The position numbers were made by a program, and so were the translations under genes. Of a stretch of DNA of 64,000 nt, positions 58,840-64,000 are shown in pieces. The stretch's first letter is position 1, and each line of letters begins with the position of its first letter. The notes below the pieces were generated by a model, which did not search any database, was not told the DNA's origin, and was given only the letters and a program-made list of their open reading frames with translations. This DNA is from the human T2T-CHM13v2.0 reference genome, Homo sapiens: the NCBI RefSeq assembly GCF_009914755.1, contig NC_060944.1. One strand, 5' to 3'.

Positions 58840-61267
58840 AGGGATTATCCATTCCAGAATTGAATGCTGGGTCCAGGAAGGCTCTGAGATGTGGGGAAAG
58901 GGTTGGATGGATTGGCGATGGTGGGGGCAGGGACTGGGATAAGGATGTGCTAAATATATAAGCAGACACCAAGGTGAGAGAGAGGCCAGAGCCCTTTGGG
59001 GAGACGGAAATAGTCTAAAACTGGCCAGAGAACAGCCATGGTGGAAACCAAGGGCAGGTACAGGGTGAAAATGCAGATTTAAACAGAGGGCAGACTTTGC
59101 TTCCTTCCTATTTCCAAGCTAGACTTCTTCTGAGAGTCCCATGAGAAGCCAGCAGGAAATGTCTTGCTTCAAACAAATTCTACTTCCCACCCCTCTGCCT
59201 GCCTCCCCAACACCACGCACTTTGTGTTATTTAGGAGAGGACAGAGAATCTCTTTAAACTCGAGCGGCTTCTTCAAAGGAGACCTGAAATACCCCAAGGC
59301 CTATAAGAACAGAGGGAAAACACCTGTATGTCCACTCAGTTGATAACCAACCCTGACTCAGGTCCCTGGTTCTCCTGCTGACTGCCCATCTGTCCTTGGT
59401 GGGCACAAGGCTCCCCTGCTTGGGGCTTCTTTCCTGCTGCTGATAGCATCCTTGTCTGCCCAGTGATGGCCCCTTCCTCTTATCCTCCAAGCAAAGCCAG
59501 GGACAAGCAGAGACCAGGAAACATTGGTAATTCCTCCCAGGACACCAAGAGGTTGAAGCTCACATAGCATGAACACAGGATGGGGTGAGGAGTGAGTCAG
59601 GGGCACTCCAACACTTCACCTGTGCAGCTCTATGCTTCAGTTTCCCCACTAGCAAAAAAAATCTGGAGTTGTTAAATGTGTTGTCATATGAAACAATTTA
59701 GGACGGTGACTGGCAAAAACGTGTGCTATATAAATTCTAACTTACATTTTTCTAGTTAGTCCTACTCAGTGATGATTCTCAGATTACCAAGTGATAGAAG
59801 CCTCAATTAATATAAAGTACCACTGCACCAACGTAGTTTCATCACTGCAGATGCAGTGACATTAATGTGGACTCAGTCATATGATTCTAAATGAGCATCC
59901 TGAATCATTAGAAAATAGTCCCATCACAATAACAACTTCGTTTATATAAGAGAAGTGATATTTCAAATTGTTCCCAAAGAACCGCCAGCCCTTATTGCCT
60001 TTGTTTGTATAATTAACGTCTGTAGTTGAACATTTCTCTCCTCAGGTACTGCTTCATTTGTTTTCTGAGTCAGGAGGTGTCACTGCTCTGCAAACTCCCC
60101 TCTGCAGAAACCGTGGGAGGTTCTGTCTGCCACTTCTCAGTTCTCAAACTCTGCTTCAGAAAGAGGAGGAAATAAGGATGCAGGATAAACTCACCAGTCT
60201 TTGGCTTCCTTTCATTCTGTGGCCAGCCTAATTGTCTACTCAGCCAAATACCAATTACCTGCATTTGGTGTTACGATGACTTCAATAGCAGATGGACACT
60301 CAATTGATTGCAAGCAGACTCTTAATTATTTCTCCTCCTTCACCCCTCTTCTTCCTTTGTGTCTACATCCGGCAGCCTAACTCTCTCTTGGGTTCCCTAA
60401 CCTCCCTTGCAACTTCACCAAACCAATAATTACTCGTTTCCCTGGCCTTCATGCTTCAAGTGTTTAATGATTTGGAACTCAGCAATGAAACCGCTGATAA
60501 GCAAGGGACATCTGCAAATTGGCTTGGAGGAAGCTATTTCGGTAACTTGAACTAGATAAATAGATTATTCAGATTCTAAGTCTTTATCTGAAATGGCTTT
60601 CTGATCCTCTATATCCATAATGATTACCTTGGGGTTTGAAGTATCTTGGTATTAGAGTGAGAAGAAGAGTTTAACAGCTAATCTCTCTTAGATATCTCTG
60701 TGAATTCATGTGTAGACTCATATGTGCTTATTTAAAGTGTGTATGGAGATAACTGGAACACATCTGGGCTTCTGGGTCATTCTGAGGCACATAATTGCCA
60801 AGCAGGCCTGCAGGCATCAGAGCTCATAAGAACATTTACATACAGACACCCTCACATGAAGATCAGTTCTTCTTTGAGGATAACAAGATGCTGTACTCTA
60901 GATATTTGAAAAAAACATACACCTCTCCATCCTCACAAAAACAATCTTCTTTGCTCAGCCAGTCAGACAACAGTATCATAAAAATAGGAATTGACTCACT
61001 TAGGTCAGCTGATAGAAAAACTGTCAGCCGAACTGTCCCTGGTCAGAAAGGCAAAGGAGAGTGGTGGTCACAGGAAGAAGAATCAAAATGCCCAGTGGAG
61101 TTGTGCAGAGGGCAGGCTGACAGCGACACACCATCTAAAATGCCCCCATGTGGGGTGTGTAGTGGCTGCTGTTCTTCAATATGGACTGCTAATTCCCAGG
61201 AAGAATTAGCTTTTGATGAAAATCAGCATTGGTCTGGTATATCATATCATTTTTGAAAGAAGAAATA

Positions 61268-62040
61268 TGTGCTTTAGATTGGGTTTCCTCAGAAGACTGA
61301 CTCTGAGATGAGGATTTGAGTGCAGGGTAGTTTATCTGGGAATTAGTCCCAGGAAGCAATGGTAGGGAAGTAGGGAAATAATTCAGGGAAAAGAAGACTG
61401 TCAATGCAAGGTGAGTGAATGAGAAAGTGAGTACCGTGGGCAACTGGGCCTCAATCCTGCTGGGGACCTTCTCTGGAGAGAAGGTAAATGTACCTCAGAG
61501 TTGATACCACTGCCAGCCCCTGCTTCCCACCCTGGATCTAGGAAGCTGCAGCATTTGTCCATCAGCTCTTATCCATCACTGGTTTGAGAGGTTTGAGAGA
61601 GATTCTTCCAGGGGTAGTCCTCAGCATTTCTTTCTTTCTTTCTTTCTTTTTTTTTTTTTTTTTTTTTGAGAAGGAGTTTCACTCCTGTTGCCAAGGCTGG
61701 AGTGCAATGGCGCAATTAGGCTCACTGCAACCTCCTCTTCCCGGGCTCAAGTGATTCTCCTGCCTCAGCCTCCCGAGTAGCTGGGATTACAGGTACCCAC
61801 CACCATGCCCAGCTAATTTTTTGTATTTTTAATAGAGATGGGGTTTCACCATGTTGGCCAGGCTGGTCTTGAACTCCTGACCTCAGGTGATCCACCTGCC
61901 TCGGCCTCCCAAAGTGCTGGGATTACAGGTGTGAGCCATGGTACCCAGCCTTCCTCAGCATTTCTGTCTGTCCCCACACACAGGCTCAGCAGCCAGAGAA
62001 AGCCAAGGGCATATAGGCAGGGCAACAACATCTGTGCACC
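61268..62040 (-). mobile_element. ERVL LTR (LTR16-like) interrupted by an Alu
   Basis: gggtttcctcagaagactgactctgagatgaggatttgagtgcagggtagtttatctggga. Confidence 0.6.
61632..61950 (-). mobile_element. AluS
   Basis: Full dimer. 14-bp TSD tcctcagcatttct at 61618-61631 and 61952-61965. Confidence 0.93.
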
Positions 62041-64000
62041 TTGCAGCTGCCTGCTAGTTTCCTAGAAACATATTCTCAGACATGCCTAAGAAGAAATGCA
62101 CTTGTAGGTGTTTCAAACGCAGGGGTCCCTGAGTTACCAGGATAAAACCCATAGAGTCCCAACAGACATCTGTACCAAAAGAGGAAAGCACTTGATTACT
62201 GAGGACACTCAGACGGTGGTGGGAGAGAGTGAGGAAAGGAAGAGCGAGGGTAAAGAAGAAAAGTTGTTATTAGAATTAAAGGTGATCCAAAAAGCTTTAG
62301 GCAACTGTCACGAAAATCATAAGACTCTACGGAAAGAAAAAGACTGTCGGTCATTTTTCAACCACCATCCAGTCTGTACCACCTTGACTGAATAGCCTGA
62401 ACTTGGTAGGGTTTAAATAGTAAACAACCTTATTCCAGATAGGCTCTTTTGCATAGGTGTCCTTTCCTTGCTCTGGACAAAAATTTGTGAAGACATCATG
62501 GATTTCTAGTCACGTTTATTTATAATAATCACCTAATTTTAATGATTAATATTCACAAATAAGTCACAAATCATAGTCTATTACTATTATTTACAATGAA
62601 AACTACAAATGTACTCCAATAAAAGTCCCTCTTACATTCTTTATATCTAAACAATATTGCCCATTTCTTCACAGAACAATACTTATTTCCTATCAAGAAA
62701 ACCCCATATTCAGTCTGCAAGTTATTTTTATAAACATTTTTATTTGAGGTCATTAGTTTTGACCTTTGATTTACAAACTTGGTCCTGTTTCCAAAGGATT
62801 TGACAGGCAATCACAGCCCTTATCTTGAAATGGGGCTGGTAGTCCCTCCCTCTAAAAGCTTCTAAGATTGCAAAGCCTACCTTATTATGCAGCATCCTGT
62901 TTAAGTCCATGTGCAAAGAAATCACTCAACCTGCCCAGGTACATAGTGGTACATACATCACTAATTGTTCAAACTTTGCTGATTATACATTCTTCCTTCC
63001 AGAGAATTAATACTGAAGCAATTGCTCACTCTGATAGAGTACTTGAGCATAGTCAGAATTTTTCATGTAAAAGAAAACAGCCAGATATCAGGACCTGTTT
63101 CATCAGTATCGCTTCTAACTGTACATTAACACCAAGAAATATTAAAGCCACATTCTTTGTGTGAAAGCAATAAGAAGGTTAAAGATGGCTTTTGTAATTA
63201 GCTTTCGAAATTACTTGTTGGCATCACACCTTCCGTATGAAAATGCAAATATGCTCTCAGAATGGGATTCCGGAGTGTTAAGTATTCATCCTCGCTGCTG
63301 TATGCATAGGAGTTTATCCACAGAACTTTGGAAGGGTCAGCCACAATTTTATTTCAACTGGCAGTTAGGTTATGTTTTATTCCATGGATAAACTTCTATA
63401 TAATATAATTTAAATTAAGGAGTTCAACACTAAAGGAATTCTAACTCTCAGTGATTTTTTTAAAACAGATGATTCAACATCATTCATTTAATTAGTTTAG
63501 AGGGGAAAATTTGGAAATTAATCATCACCCTAGTTCTTAAGTATTCATGATGCCTTTTCAAATAGTTGTAAAATATACCTTCACAAACTTTGGAAATTTT
63601 GGCATTTTAAAAGATTTAGGCATGGTCATGACAAAGTTCCAAAACTGGGAGGAAGGATGTTATCCTAGAATGAGTGAGAGTTCACCTGGGCCAATCAATA
63701 CCAGCTTGGCAGCTGTGTGAGCCTGATGGACAAATCCTGGATTTCTTCCATCTCCAGTTTCTTCATTAAAAAAAATTAAATAAATAAATACATTACTCTC
63801 TCCCCACCAACACACGAACTCACAAAACAAAAAGTCTATATTATGAGTTTACTAAAAGAATTAAATAAAATAAAGTATATAAAGTGACTGCCACAGTAGC
63901 AATGCTAGTTTCTCCTCTACCAGCAAATCATGGGTCAATATTATAATATATTTCCACTTTATTCTGAGTGTCCTGCAGTTGAATTGACTTAAGGTTAAGC

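Noticed and set aside
60795-61256. 153-aa ORF in unique sequence
   Set aside because: Non-ATG start, antisense to PAK5, no recognisable homology or exon structure.

Overview
This is primate (almost certainly human) genomic DNA from inside the PAK5 (PAK7) gene, which is transcribed on the minus strand. The only host coding sequence I can support is the first coding exon (exon 15023-15237; CDS 15023-15226, MFGKKKKK...QLAPMK), encoding the polybasic N-terminus, the CRIB/PBD and the RPKP pseudosubstrate motif. The rest is intron filled with transposon relics: two 5'-truncated L1PA copies (one split by an apparently complete LTR12C-type ERV9 solo LTR), about a dozen Alu/FLAM elements, three THE1 solo LTRs, many MLT1/ERVL/ERV1 LTRs, an LTR-int-LTR MaLR provirus, hAT/Tigger MITEs, L2/MIR and a CR1/L3 fossil. 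I found no RNA gene, CRISPR array or new multi-gene system. Two things stand out. First, a sense-oriented LTR12C promoter about 2 kb downstream of the autoinhibitory exon could bypass it. Second, several local templated-insertion or fold-back scars (2926/4852; 54532/56132/57170; 4231-4298; 32606-32684) are not explained by repeat families. Repeat subfamily names come from recalled consensus sequences and were not checked with RepeatMasker.
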